From Rhodothermales bacterium (GTDB lineage Bacteria > Bacteroidota > Rhodothermia > Rhodothermales > BA12), in NCBI GenBank assembly GCA_963841855.1, contig CAWJEJ010000003.1, positions 384,946 to 448,945 of the forward strand: a stretch of DNA of 64,000 bases. Reading direction: 5' to 3'. A program made the position numbers and the translations under genes. Positions 1-9,075 of the stretch are shown piece after piece. How positions within the stretch are numbered: position 1 is the first letter of the stretch; the number at the start of each line of letters is the position of its first letter. Below the pieces are notes generated by a model that was not told the DNA's origin, did no database searches, and was given only the letters and a program-made list of their open reading frames with translations.

Positions 1-1
1 C

Positions 2-1118
2 GGGCGGCTCGTCGGCGGCATCGCGCACGACCTGGGCAACCTGCTCGTGCCGATCGTGCTGGGCGTGCGCGTGCTCGAAAAGGCCGTCGCAGGACCAACC
101 GCGCGCCATCCGCACGCTCGAAATGATCAAGAAGAGCGCCGAACGCGGATCGGACATGGTGCGCCAGGTGCTGGCGTTCGCACGCGGCGTCGAGGGCGAG
201 CGCGTCGTCCTCCAGCCTGCCGACGTGATCCGAGAGACGGCCAAAATCCTGGACGAGACGTTCCCCGCCAGCATCGAAGTCGCGACCGATGTCGAAGACG
301 ACTTGTGGCGCGTCGTCGGCGATGCGACGCAGATCCAGCAGGTGATCATGAACCTGAGCGTCAACGCGCGCGACGCCATGCCGGACGGCGGCAAGCTGTT
401 CGTTCGAGGCGCAGAACGCCCACCTGGGCAGCCACTACGCGCAGACCAACATAGACGCCGAACCCGGACCCTACGTCCGCATCACCGTTACCGATACCGG
501 ATCGGGCATACCGGCCAGACGTGCTCGACAAGGTGTTCGAGCCGTTCTTTACGACCAAAGAACTCAACAAGGGGACGGGCCTGGGTCTCTCGACCGTCTA
601 TAGCATCCTGCGCAGCCACGGCGGTTTCGTCGTAGCCTATAGCGAAGTCGGCGAGGGCACGTCGTTCAGCCTCTACATTCCCGCCGAGTTGGAGCGCGAA
701 GAGTCGCAGGCGCAGGCGCTCACGCTCGAAATCGTCAAGGGAAACGGCGAGCGCATTCTCGTCGTCGACGACGAACCGTTTATCCGCGACACCACCGTCG
801 AACTGCTCGAAGACGCCGGATACAGCGTCTGCACGGCGTCGGACGGCCGAGAGGGACTCGGATCAAATCGAGAAGTGCGCCCCGCTCCTCATCTTGACCG
901 ACCTGATGATGCCCGGCATGGACGGGCTGGCTCTCATCCGCGCGGTCCGATCTTCCGGCTCCGACATGCCCATCATCGCGGCGAGCGGCATGATGGGCGA
1001 GAAGCAGCGCGAAGTCGACGAGGCGGGGGCCGACGCTTTTCTGGCCAAGCCCTACAGCGCGGCGCGCCTGACCGAGAAGATCGCCGAGTTGCTCGCGAGA
1101 AGCGCGCACGAGGAGTAG
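2..1118 (+). pseudogene. hybrid sensor histidine kinase / response regulator, 5' end cut by window edge, interrupted by four +1 frameshifts
   Basis: Kinase and receiver motifs are spread over several reading frames. H-box GGIAHDLGNLL (frame of nt 2). QIQQVIMNLSVNARDAMPDGG (ORF 123..635). AEPGPYVRITVTDTGSGIP (own translation of nt 409-513). PDVLDKVFEPFFTTKELNKGTGLGLSTVY plus ILVVDDEP (ORF 521..1153). TDLMMPGMDG...FLAKPYS (ORF 894..1118). Frame order is 2>0>1>2>0, with shifts near nt 101, 408, 514 and 860. Confidence 0.8.
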
Positions 1119-1185
1119 CCCGGAGGCGAACCCGGCCGCCGCGCCGTGCGTAATTTTCAGTCTCGATTGAAAACCGCCAACTGCC

Positions 1186-2769
1186 ATGCCCGCCTGGATC
1201 GATTCTCTGGTTCACCGCACAGACGCTCGCCTGCTCGACCCGTCGCAACCGCGCATCCCGATCACCGACGCGTCGCCGCACGCCGTCGTCATCGGCGCCG
1301 GATTCGGAGGACTGGCGAGCGCGATCCGGCTGCTCGCCCGAGGCTTCCGCGTGACTCTGGTCGACCGGCTCGAACAGGCTGGCGGTCGCGCGCGCGTCTT
1401 CCACGAAAACGGCTACACGTTCGACGCCGGACCGACCGTCGTGACCGCGCCGTTTCTACTCGACGAACTGTGGCAACTCGCCGGCAAGAACCGCTCGGAC
1501 GACGTAGAACTGCGCGAGGTGACGCCGTTCTACCGCATCCGCTACGACGACGGCACCTACTTCGACTACACGGGCAATAGCGAGGCGATGCACGAGCAGA
1601 TCCGCCAGTTCGCGCCGGATGACGTGGCGGGCTACGATCGCTTTTTCGAGAAGACCAAAGACATCTTCAAGGTCGGCTTCGAGGAGCTGGCGCACGTGCC
1701 GTTCACCAAGGTGTCCGACATGACCAAGATCATCCCGGCGATGGCGTGGCTCGAAAGCAACCGGACGGTGTACGGCTTCGTGAGCAAGTTCGTCAAGCAC
1801 GAGAAAATCCGCCAGGTGCTCTCGTTCCACCCGCTGCTGGTCGGCGGCAACCCGTTCAACGTGACGAGCATCTACACGATGATCGCGTTCCTGGAGCGCA
1901 AGTGGGGCGTCTGGTATGCGATGGGCGGAACCGGCGCAATCATCGACGGGCTCGTCGGCTTGGTCGAGGAGATGGGCGGCGAGATCAAACTCAACGCCGA
2001 CGTAGATCAGATTCTGGTCAACGGCAAGCGCGCCGCCGGTGTCCGGCTCGCCGATGGCGAAACGATCGACGCTGATCTAGTCGTGAGCAATGCGGACGTA
2101 GCATGGACTTATCGCCACCTGGTGCCGTCGAACGTGCGCAAGGTGTGGACTGACAAGAAGATCGAGAAGACCAAGTTTTCGATGAGCCTGTTCGTCTGGT
2201 ACTTCGGCACCAACAAGACCTACGACGACGTCAAGCACCACACGATTCTACTCGGCCCGCGCTACAAAGAGCTTCTCGACGACATCTTCGGCCACCGCCT
2301 GGCCGACGACTTCAGCCTCTACCTCCATCGCCCGACCGCGACCGACCCGAGCATGGCGCCCGACGGCTGCGATGCGTTCTACGTCCTCAGCCCTGTCCCC
2401 CACCTCGACAGCGGCGACCCATGGGACGACGAGCAGACCGAGCGCTACCGCCTGGCTGTGAGCAAATACCTGAGCGAGTCGATCTTGCCCGGCCTGGAAG
2501 ACCACCTCGACGCCAGCCTGACGCTGACGCCCAAAGGCTTTCTGACCGATTACAAAGCGTACAAGGGCGCCGCCTTTTCGATTGAGCCAGTCCTGACGCA
2601 GAGCGCCTACTTCCGCCCGCACAACATCAGCGAGGACGTGGAGCACCTGTACTTCGCCGGAGCGGGCACGCACCCCGGAGCCGGAATGCCCGGCGTGATC
2701 TCGTCGGCCCGGGTGCTCGACACCGTCGTCCCCGACGCTGCGACGTTCGATACACGAGTTCCCGCCTGA
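1186..2769 (+). CDS. crtI: phytoene desaturase (CrtI family)
   Basis: 527-aa ORF with ATG start. N-terminal dinucleotide-binding fold VVIGAGFGGLA. Full-length resemblance to bacterial CrtI (GYTFDAGPTV, C-terminal FAGAGTHPGAGMPGV). Confidence 0.9.
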   Translation: MPAWIDSLVHRTDARLLDPSQPRIPITDASPHAVVIGAGFGGLASAIRLLARGFRVTLVDRLEQAGGRARVFHENGYTFDAGPTVVTAPFLLDELWQLAGKNRSDDVELREVTPFYRIRYDDGTYFDYTGNSEAMHEQIRQFAPDDVAGYDRFFEKTKDIFKVGFEELAHVPFTKVSDMTKIIPAMAWLESNRTVYGFVSKFVKHEKIRQVLSFHPLLVGGNPFNVTSIYTMIAFLERKWGVWYAMGGTGAIIDGLVGLVEEMGGEIKLNADVDQILVNGKRAAGVRLADGETIDADLVVSNADVAWTYRHLVPSNVRKVWTDKKIEKTKFSMSLFVWYFGTNKTYDDVKHHTILLGPRYKELLDDIFGHRLADDFSLYLHRPTATDPSMAPDGCDAFYVLSPVPHLDSGDPWDDEQTERYRLAVSKYLSESILPGLEDHLDASLTLTPKGFLTDYKAYKGAAFSIEPVLTQSAYFRPHNISEDVEHLYFAGAGTHPGAGMPGVISSARVLDTVVPDAATFDTRVPA

Positions 2770-2839
2770 CGCCCGCGATGCGTGGAAAACCGTTGAAGCG
2801 GGACCCAGCGCACGGGTCGGGCTTCTAAGCCTACGCTCT

Positions 2840-2911
2840 GCCGCGTTCGTCTAACGGTTAGGACGCCAGGTTTTCATCCTGGTAATAGGGGTTCGATTCC
2901 CCTACGCGGTA
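2840..2911 (+). tRNA. tRNA-Glu (anticodon UUC)
   Basis: Cloverleaf folded by hand. Acceptor GCCGCGT/ACGCGGT. Anticodon stem CCAGG/CCTGG with loop TTTTCAT (anticodon TTC). T-arm AGGGG-TTCGATT-CCCCT. No encoded CCA. Confidence 0.85.
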
Positions 2912-2916
2912 CGCTG

Positions 2917-2951
2917 AGCGCCGTCTCGATCTGATCGGGGCGGCGCTTTTT
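2917..2951 (+). terminator. hairpin plus T5 run after tRNA-Glu
   Basis: AGCGCCGTCTC pairs with GGGGCGGCGCT (11 bp including G-U pairs) around a 9-nt loop, followed directly by TTTTT. Confidence 0.6.
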
Positions 2952-3005
2952 GCGTCGGGGCACTCGGCATCGGCTGATTCGTAAACATCCGAAACCCCGC
3001 TCGTC

Positions 3006-3227
3006 ATGGCCGAACTGCTCACCGACACCCCGCTCACGCTCCGCCGCATCGGTGGGCACCTCGTCGCCGTCATTCCGGACGAACTGGCTAAAGCGCTCTC
3101 GCTGTCCGAAGGTGATCAGATCGCGATGGGCAAGCCGATCGCTAACGGCACGCACGACGCAGATTTGGAGTATGCCGTCGACTACATGACGCGTCACGCG
3201 CGGCTGTTTGAGGCGCTGGCGAAGTGA
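3006..3227 (+). CDS. AbrB/SpoVT-type antitoxin (Phd-like partner of Doc)
   Basis: 73-aa ORF. LTLRRIGGHLVAVIPDELAKALSLSEGDQI resembles the AbrB/MazE looped-hinge-helix fold. Its stop overlaps the GTG start of the downstream Doc gene (GTGA at 3224-3227). Confidence 0.7.
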   Translation: MAELLTDTPLTLRRIGGHLVAVIPDELAKALSLSEGDQIAMGKPIANGTHDADLEYAVDYMTRHARLFEALAK

Positions 3228-3629
3228 CGGTACTCTCAGAAGAGCCGCGCTGGTTGGAATTCGACAAGGTGATCCGATTGCACGAGGAGGTGACCCGCAT
3301 GTCTGGCGGAATGCCGGGCGTCCGCGACGAGAATCTGCTTCGTAGTGCCCTCGACAGACCCCGTAACTCGTGGTCGTATGCCGAAGAGCGTGGTGTCGCT
3401 CGGCTTGCGGCATCGTATGCGTTCAGCATCGCGAAGAACCACGCGTTCCTCGACGGCAACAAGCGCTCGGCTAGCGATATGCGCATCATGTTCTGCGTCT
3501 ATCGGTACGGATTTCGTCTTCGAACCGCCTATCGACGAAGCCATCGAAGCCTACCAAAGCCTCGCCGCCGGAACGCTTTCCGAGTCGGAGTTCGCGGCTT
3601 TTGTCGAGATGCATCTGGAGACGCGCTGA
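3224..3629 (+). pseudogene. Doc (death-on-curing, Fic-fold) toxin with one +1 frameshift
   Basis: The N-terminal part is in the frame of ORF 3224..3829, with the Fic/Doc motif HAFLDGNKRSA. The C-terminal part FVFEPPIDEAIEAYQSLAAGTLSESEFAAFVEMHLETR is in the frame of ORF 3345..3629. The shift lies near nt 3509. Confidence 0.75.
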
Positions 3630-4422
3630 TCAGACCCTTCGACGCGCGCGGTCACCGCGATGGACTTCGTCGGCGTTCGACTCGTCCAGCGGTTCCGAAT
3701 CGAGCAGAGGCCGAACGGCTTCGACTTCGCGCTCGCGCTCGCGGCGCTCTTCTGAGTCGGTCGAGATCAGGGCGAGGCGTTCGAGCATGTCGGCGTTCTT
3801 GCGCTCCATTTTGCGCGTCGCCAATGTGAACAGCGCGCGTGCGCCGAAAAAGGTGACGACGGTGAGCAGAGCGAGCACGAGCGGCACGACAGCGGCGGAC
3901 CATCGGGCTTGGCGACGGCGATGATGCTCAGCAGTCCGGCGAAGAAGGCCAGCATACCGGGAATCATGTACCAGAAGCCACTCTGGTTGACACGCGACAC
4001 GTCGACGTGCGTGCGGTCGCCTCGGGGCGTCAGAGTGACGTGCGAAAACTCCTGTCCGTTGACCGTGTAGCGCCAGTCGAAGCCGCGCCCCAGCGCCTCG
4101 GATTGTCCGCGCTGGCCCATCGACCGGCGGATCTCGGCGACCATGATCGCCCACTCGTCCTCGTCGACGGTGTGGTTGAGCGTCATCTCGCCGCCGACGC
4201 GGTACGTGCCGCCCCAAAAGCCGCTCGTGTTGTTGTCCTGGGCCGTCGTCGTCGTCAGCCCGCTAGCTGCCTGGTCGACGAACGTCGCGTCGATGCCTGC
4301 CTCGTCGGCGATCCTACGGATTTCGTCGAGCGTGAGTCCGTTCGACGGATCGCGCCGGGCCGCTTGCAAAGCCGCCGCCTGGCGAGCAGGTTCTGGATTT
4401 CCTTCTCGGTGTAGACGCGCAT
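3630..4422 (-). pseudogene. hypothetical membrane protein, two frameshifts
   Basis: Three minus-strand ORF pieces join into one protein. MRVYTEKEIQNLLA (ORF 4255..4470). QAAALQAARRDPSNGLTLDEIRRIADEAGID...GMLAFFAGLLSIIAVAK (ORF 3767..4369). WSAAVVPLVLALLTVVTFFGARALF...coiled charged tail (ORF 3630..4217). Shifts lie near 4378-4383 and 3898-3908. Confidence 0.55.
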
Positions 4423-4649
4423 GAATCGGGAGAGATAGAGGCCGTAAAGTACGCGATACGTGGGCGGCACGTGGGTTGCACCTTCTTCGCGCGCAAATCG
4501 GAAGCGATCGCTTCCTCGGTTATCGCTCCGAGCCTATGTCCGTTGTTTACTTTCGTCCTTATGGCAAAAGCGCGCACTCCGCCGCTCGTCCGCCCGTCTG
4601 CACACCACCGTCCACGCCCCTCTACACCACCACCATCGCCGCCACCGCC

Positions 4650-5390
4650 ATGCGCTCTCCGCTACTGCTGCTCGTCGCTCTGCTCATGCTTCCCGCCTGC
4701 ACGCCCAGCCCCGTCTACCGCCTCTCCGCGAGCGACGCCGATGTGAGCTACTGGGATGCAGGCCGCGCCTACCTCTTCGCCCAGTCCGACAGCATCGCCG
4801 TCGAGGTGTCGTACGAGATGACGACGCCCGAGGGACACGTGTTCGACGTCGGATTCTCCAATCGAGGCGACGGCTCTGTCGTGATCGACCCGGCCGAGAT
4901 CGTGGCGCAGATGCTCGACCGCTCGTCACACGCGATGGGCGATGAGGTGGCGGCGTTCGATCCGGAGCGCGTCATGCTGGATCTGGATCTGGAGTCGAGT
5001 CGGCGCGAGGCGTCGAATCGTACGTCGCGTTTGGTCGAAGGCATCAGCGCGGGCGTCTCGCTGGCCGCGGCGACGGTCGAGGTGTCGGCGGCCGACGAGC
5101 CGGGCGAGGCGTCGGATGCCGTGGCGCGCTACGCCATCGACGAGACGGCGCGCGTCGGCCGCGTCATCCTCGAAGAGCGCGATCACGAACTGGACCAGGA
5201 GGCCATCGCGCACGACCGCAACTGGTGGGCCGACGCCGCGCTCCGCCGCTCGACGCTCCAACCCGGACAGGCCGTGCGCGGCTGGGTCCTCGTCCCGGTC
5301 AATGTGCAGGCGGGCTGGGTCGAGCTTCTGGTACCGATCGGCGGACAGATGGCGCGCTTCCGCTTCGAGCAGACGAGGCACAAACCGTAG
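4650..5390 (+). CDS. hypothetical lipoprotein
   Basis: ATG at 4650 gives MRSPLLLLVALLMLPAC, a signal peptide with a lipobox Cys. No recognisable catalytic motif. The upstream part of ORF 4476..5390 looks non-coding. Confidence 0.6.
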   Translation: MRSPLLLLVALLMLPACTPSPVYRLSASDADVSYWDAGRAYLFAQSDSIAVEVSYEMTTPEGHVFDVGFSNRGDGSVVIDPAEIVAQMLDRSSHAMGDEVAAFDPERVMLDLDLESSRREASNRTSRLVEGISAGVSLAAATVEVSAADEPGEASDAVARYAIDETARVGRVILEERDHELDQEAIAHDRNWWADAALRRSTLQPGQAVRGWVLVPVNVQAGWVELLVPIGGQMARFRFEQTRHKP

Positions 5391-5466
5391 AGATAGAGCG
5401 TGATGGGACCGTCGCTGTCTGAGTCGTCTGCAACTCGGACCGCGCCGACACTCAACCTCTCGCCTT

Positions 5467-6798
5467 ATGAAGCGCGCGTTTCGACTCCTTTGCCTCATCG
5501 CGCTGAGCGTTGCGGCTTTCGCGACTCCGGCCCTGAGTCAGCGGGCGGCTTCGATCGACGCGCTGATGGCCGACTCGCTGGCCCGGCTGGGCGGTGACGC
5601 CGTCGTGATCGTCGCGCGGTGGGACGGCCGCATCGTGCACCAAGCGGGATACGGCGCGTTTAGCCCGGATACGCCTGTCATACTGGCTTCGGCGACCAAG
5701 TGGCTGTCGGGCGCGGTCATCGCCTCGCTGGTTAGCGATGGCACGCTGGCGCTGGATGACACGCTGGCGCAGTTTTTTCCCGACCTCGAAGGGGCCAAGC
5801 GGTCGATCAGCGTCCGGCAGTTGTTCGCGCACACGTCGGGGCTTCCGGGCCAGTCAGCGTGCCTTTCGAGTGCTACGACGACGCTTCAGTCGTGCGCCGC
5901 TCAGACGCTCGCAGCCGACCTGAGGGCCGCACCCGGAGCAGCGTTCGCCTACGGCGGCGCGTCGATGCAGGTGGGTGGTCGCGTGGCCGAAATCGCGAGC
6001 GGGCAGTCGTGGGCCGACCTGTTCGCCGAGCGCATCGCCGCGCCGTTGGGCCTGACGCAGACGACGTACGGCGACACTCGAAATCCGCGCATCGCGGGCG
6101 GGGCGGAAGCGTCGGCGCGCGACTACGTCACGTTTTTGCAGATGATCGCCGCGCGCGGTATGCATAACGGTCGGCAGGTGTTGGCCGCTTCGGCTGTCGA
6201 CGCGATGCTGGCCGATCAGACTGGCGACGCCCAGGTGGGCTATTCGCCGTACGGACCGTTCGCACCGCGTTTTGACGCCCTGCCGCCTGTCGACTCGATC
6301 CGCTATGGGGTCGGCGTGTGGCGCGAGCAGCTGCGTGCGGGGGGCGAGCTTGGCGTGTCGAGCAGTCCAGGCGCGTTCGGCGCCTCGCCGTGGATCGACT
6401 TCGACGCCCAAGTCGTCGGCATTCTGCTGGTCCGCAACCGGCTCTCCAACGCGATGGGCCCGTACCTCGATCTGCAACGGCTGGCCCGCGAACTAGCCGC
6501 TCCGCCTACGCTCAACGCTCCGACGGCGACGGCGACGGGCTTGACGATCGACGCCCCCCGTCCGCATCCGGTGCGTTCGGCGGTGACGCTGCGCTATCAC
6601 GTACCTCCAAGCTTGGGGCCGACCGTCGTGACGCTGTTCGATGCGCAGGGGCGACGCGTGGCGACCTTGGACCGGCAGCGGCGAGCGGGCGATCACGCGG
6701 TTCGGTTCGACGCGTCCAGCCTGGCTCCGGGCGCGTATCGCATCGTCGTCCGAAGCCGCGGCGAGCGCGTCGGTCGGTGGATTGTCGTCGCCCACTAG
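5467..6798 (+). CDS. beta-lactamase-family serine hydrolase with T9SS-type C-terminal sorting domain
   Basis: Signal peptide and an SxxK motif (ASATKW). The last ~80 aa (VTLRYHVPP...VTLFDAQGRRVATL...LAPGAYRIVV) match the Por/T9SS C-terminal domain pattern. Confidence 0.8.
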   Translation: MKRAFRLLCLIALSVAAFATPALSQRAASIDALMADSLARLGGDAVVIVARWDGRIVHQAGYGAFSPDTPVILASATKWLSGAVIASLVSDGTLALDDTLAQFFPDLEGAKRSISVRQLFAHTSGLPGQSACLSSATTTLQSCAAQTLAADLRAAPGAAFAYGGASMQVGGRVAEIASGQSWADLFAERIAAPLGLTQTTYGDTRNPRIAGGAEASARDYVTFLQMIAARGMHNGRQVLAASAVDAMLADQTGDAQVGYSPYGPFAPRFDALPPVDSIRYGVGVWREQLRAGGELGVSSSPGAFGASPWIDFDAQVVGILLVRNRLSNAMGPYLDLQRLARELAAPPTLNAPTATATGLTIDAPRPHPVRSAVTLRYHVPPSLGPTVVTLFDAQGRRVATLDRQRRAGDHAVRFDASSLAPGAYRIVVRSRGERVGRWIVVAH

Positions 6799-6867
6799 GA
6801 GCGGACGCGTTACGCCTGCCCGTTTCCGACTCGGCTATCTTGACGGCTCCTCATCCGACCCCTTTGC

Positions 6868-8031
6868 ATGTCCATCGACGACCTGCCCACGCCCGCGCTC
6901 CTGATCGACCAGGACCGGCTCTCGCTCAACCTCGACCGCATGCAGGCGCGCAGCCGGACGCACGCCGTCAAGCTGCGCCCGCACGTCAAGACGCATAAGA
7001 GCGTCCGGCTGGCGCGCGAGCAGATCGACCGAGGCGCCCAGGGTATTACGGTCGCCAAACCGTCCGAAGCCGAGATTTTTGTCGACGCCGGGTTCGACGA
7101 CGTGCGCGTGGCCTATCCGGTCGTCGGCAAAGCGCGACTGGCTACGCTGGTTGCGCTGAGCGGTCGGGCCGCGATCTCGTTCTGCGTCGACACGCTGGCG
7201 GGCGCTCAGGCGGCATCGGAGGCATTTGCGGGCCACAACCGCGTCGCCGACGTGCTGATCGAGATCGACACCGGTCATGGGCGGACGGGACGGGCGTGGA
7301 ACGAGGGCGGATTGGTCCGCTTCGCCCAACAGGTCGCCCAGATGCCGGGTTTGAAACTGGTCGGTTTGCTGACGCACGAGGGGCAGAGCTATGCGGGCGC
7401 GCCCGACGGAGCCGATCCGAGGCAGCATCTCAAAGACACGATGGAGACCGCGCGCGACCGTCTGCTGGCGGCGGCCGAGCGGCTGGGCAGCGCCGGACTG
7501 GCCGACCCCGACACGTTCGAGTTGTCGATGGGCAGCACGCCGACGATGAAGTTCTTCCAGAACCACACCGAGGGCGGGTTTCGCATCACCGAGATCCGTC
7601 CCGGCAACTACCCGTTCGGCGACGCGCAGCAGGTGGCGCTGGGAGCGTCGACGCTGCACGACTGCGCGCTGACCGTCCTGGCGACCGTCGTCAGCAAACG
7701 GCGCGTCGGGGGGCGCGAGCGGCTGTTCTTGGACGCCGGAAAAAAGGTGCTCACGTCCGATCTGGGCTGGGGCGTCGAGGGATACGGCGTGCCGCTCTAC
7801 AACGCCCGGGCGATGCGAATTCTGCCGCACCTGTCGATCTACAAATTGAGCGAGGAGCACGCGTGGTGCGACGTGCCCGGCGCGGCAACCGTCGAAGTCG
7901 GCGACCGCGTCCGCATCGTGCCCAACCACGCCTGCGTCGTCGTGGCGCAGCGCGACCGGATGTTTCTGGTCGATGCAGACGACGAGATCGTCGAGACCAT
8001 CACCGTCGACGCGCGCGATGGTGTCCTCTAG
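6868..8031 (+). CDS. DSD1-family PLP enzyme (D-serine dehydratase / D-threonine aldolase-like, alanine racemase N-terminal fold)
   Basis: 387-aa ORF. PTPALLIDQDRL and RPHVKTHKS (PLP lysine context) are typical of the family. Confidence 0.8.
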   Translation: MSIDDLPTPALLIDQDRLSLNLDRMQARSRTHAVKLRPHVKTHKSVRLAREQIDRGAQGITVAKPSEAEIFVDAGFDDVRVAYPVVGKARLATLVALSGRAAISFCVDTLAGAQAASEAFAGHNRVADVLIEIDTGHGRTGRAWNEGGLVRFAQQVAQMPGLKLVGLLTHEGQSYAGAPDGADPRQHLKDTMETARDRLLAAAERLGSAGLADPDTFELSMGSTPTMKFFQNHTEGGFRITEIRPGNYPFGDAQQVALGASTLHDCALTVLATVVSKRRVGGRERLFLDAGKKVLTSDLGWGVEGYGVPLYNARAMRILPHLSIYKLSEEHAWCDVPGAATVEVGDRVRIVPNHACVVVAQRDRMFLVDADDEIVETITVDARDGVL

Positions 8032-8980
8032 CCTCACGCGTCCATCCGGCGATCACGCGTGGCGCCCCTGGCAGGGCGGTGCGTGGCAAGAAGAGCCGAT
8101 TCGGTTCGAGACGTCCGGCCTGCCCGAAGCGGGCATCTTCGAGGAGACGCGCACTGTTGGCGGCGTCGCAACACGCGTCCGGTTCAGCCCGGGCAGCGGT
8201 CCGACGCTGGTGCTGCTGCCGGGCTCGATGCTCGATTCGTCGCTGCTGACGTGGAAGCGGACGCTCGAAGGGCTACCCGCCCGCATCCGCTGCCTCGTCC
8301 CCGATCTGCCCGGCTACGGACGGAGCGCGTTTCCGCTCGGCTCGGACTGCTCGACCGCCTACTACGCCCGTTGGCTCGCCGATCTGGCCGATGCCTACCA
8401 GCTGGACCGCTTCGCGCTGGGCGGCTCGTCGATGAGCGCCGCCGTCGCCCTGACCTATGCGCTCGACCGGCCCGAGCGTCTGACGCACCTGGTCCTGGCC
8501 GGAGCCTACGGCATGGCGCCGCGGCTTCCGCTGCATCCGCTCGTTTGGGCGCTTGCCCGGGTGCCGAACGTCGGCGCTCTGACGAGAACCCTGCTGACGC
8601 GCGCGCCGCTCGCCCTGCGGCTGGGTTTGCACGCGTCCATGGTTTCGCTCGACGTGCCCGACGACGTAGTCGAGGACGCCGCCGTCGGTCTGGCGATGCC
8701 GCGCGCACTGGATGCCTTCGCCCGGTGGCTGCGCCTGGAAATGCATTCCGATGGCATCACCAGCTACCTGGCGCCGCGCCTGCCCGAACTCGCCATCCCG
8801 ACGCTCGTCGTCCACGGCACGCGCGATCCGCTGATTCCCTCGCTAGCCGCCGAGCGGGGCGCCGCGCTGATTCCCGAGGGACAGTTTCTGCTCGTCGACG
8901 ACGCGGGTCATCTGTCGCCCCGCGAGCGTCCCGACCTGGTCAGCAGCGCCCTGCACTCGTTTCTGGGGTACGATGCGTGA
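8018..8980 (+). CDS. alpha/beta hydrolase
   Basis: PTLVLLPGS, DLPGYGRS and the nucleophile elbow LGGSSMSA. C-terminal VVHGTRDPL and AGHLSP (His). The ATG at 8018 overlaps the previous gene by 14 nt. Confidence 0.8.
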   Translation: MVSSSLTRPSGDHAWRPWQGGAWQEEPIRFETSGLPEAGIFEETRTVGGVATRVRFSPGSGPTLVLLPGSMLDSSLLTWKRTLEGLPARIRCLVPDLPGYGRSAFPLGSDCSTAYYARWLADLADAYQLDRFALGGSSMSAAVALTYALDRPERLTHLVLAGAYGMAPRLPLHPLVWALARVPNVGALTRTLLTRAPLALRLGLHASMVSLDVPDDVVEDAAVGLAMPRALDAFARWLRLEMHSDGITSYLAPRLPELAIPTLVVHGTRDPLIPSLAAERGAALIPEGQFLLVDDAGHLSPRERPDLVSSALHSFLGYDA

Positions 8981-8999
8981 CGAGCGCCAGAGCCAAGAG

Positions 9000-9030
9000 C
9001 TGAGACAAGTTGCGGACTGAGACAAGTTGC
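9000..9030. repeat. 14-bp exact direct repeat CTGAGACAAGTTGC x2 (period 17) in the spacer upstream of the thioesterase gene
   Basis: Read directly: copies at 9000-9013 and 9017-9030, 46 nt upstream of the ATG at 9076. Confidence 0.9.
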
Positions 9031-9075
9031 CCGCCAGCGAGTTGAGAGAACGCGTTTTCCCCCATCTGAACTGCC

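Noticed and set aside
1154-1173. TTTTCA-N8-TGAAAA inverted repeat 13 nt upstream of the crtI ATG, a possible operator for a light or carotenoid regulator.
   Set aside because: The arms are only 6 bp, no regulator gene is adjacent, and it cannot be distinguished from a chance AT-rich promoter element without comparative data.
4500-4515. 16-bp perfect palindrome GGAAGCGATCGCTTCC in the divergent spacer between the frameshifted membrane gene and the 4650 lipoprotein.
   Set aside because: About one 16-bp palindrome is expected by chance in 64 kb (64000/4^8). There is no second copy and no partner regulator nearby.
6835-8037. Long antisense ORFs opposite real genes. Examples: 6835..8037(-) 400 aa, 12330..13925(+) 531 aa, 24953..26170(+) 405 aa, 34862..37015(+) 717 aa, 40907..42673(-) 588 aa, 50385..51863(-) 492 aa, 59893..61218(-) 441 aa.
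   Set aside because: They are Arg/Ala/Gly/Pro/His-rich low-complexity translations without any recognisable motif. Each lies exactly opposite a gene with clear family signatures. This is the typical shadow-ORF effect of high GC3 in a high-GC genome.
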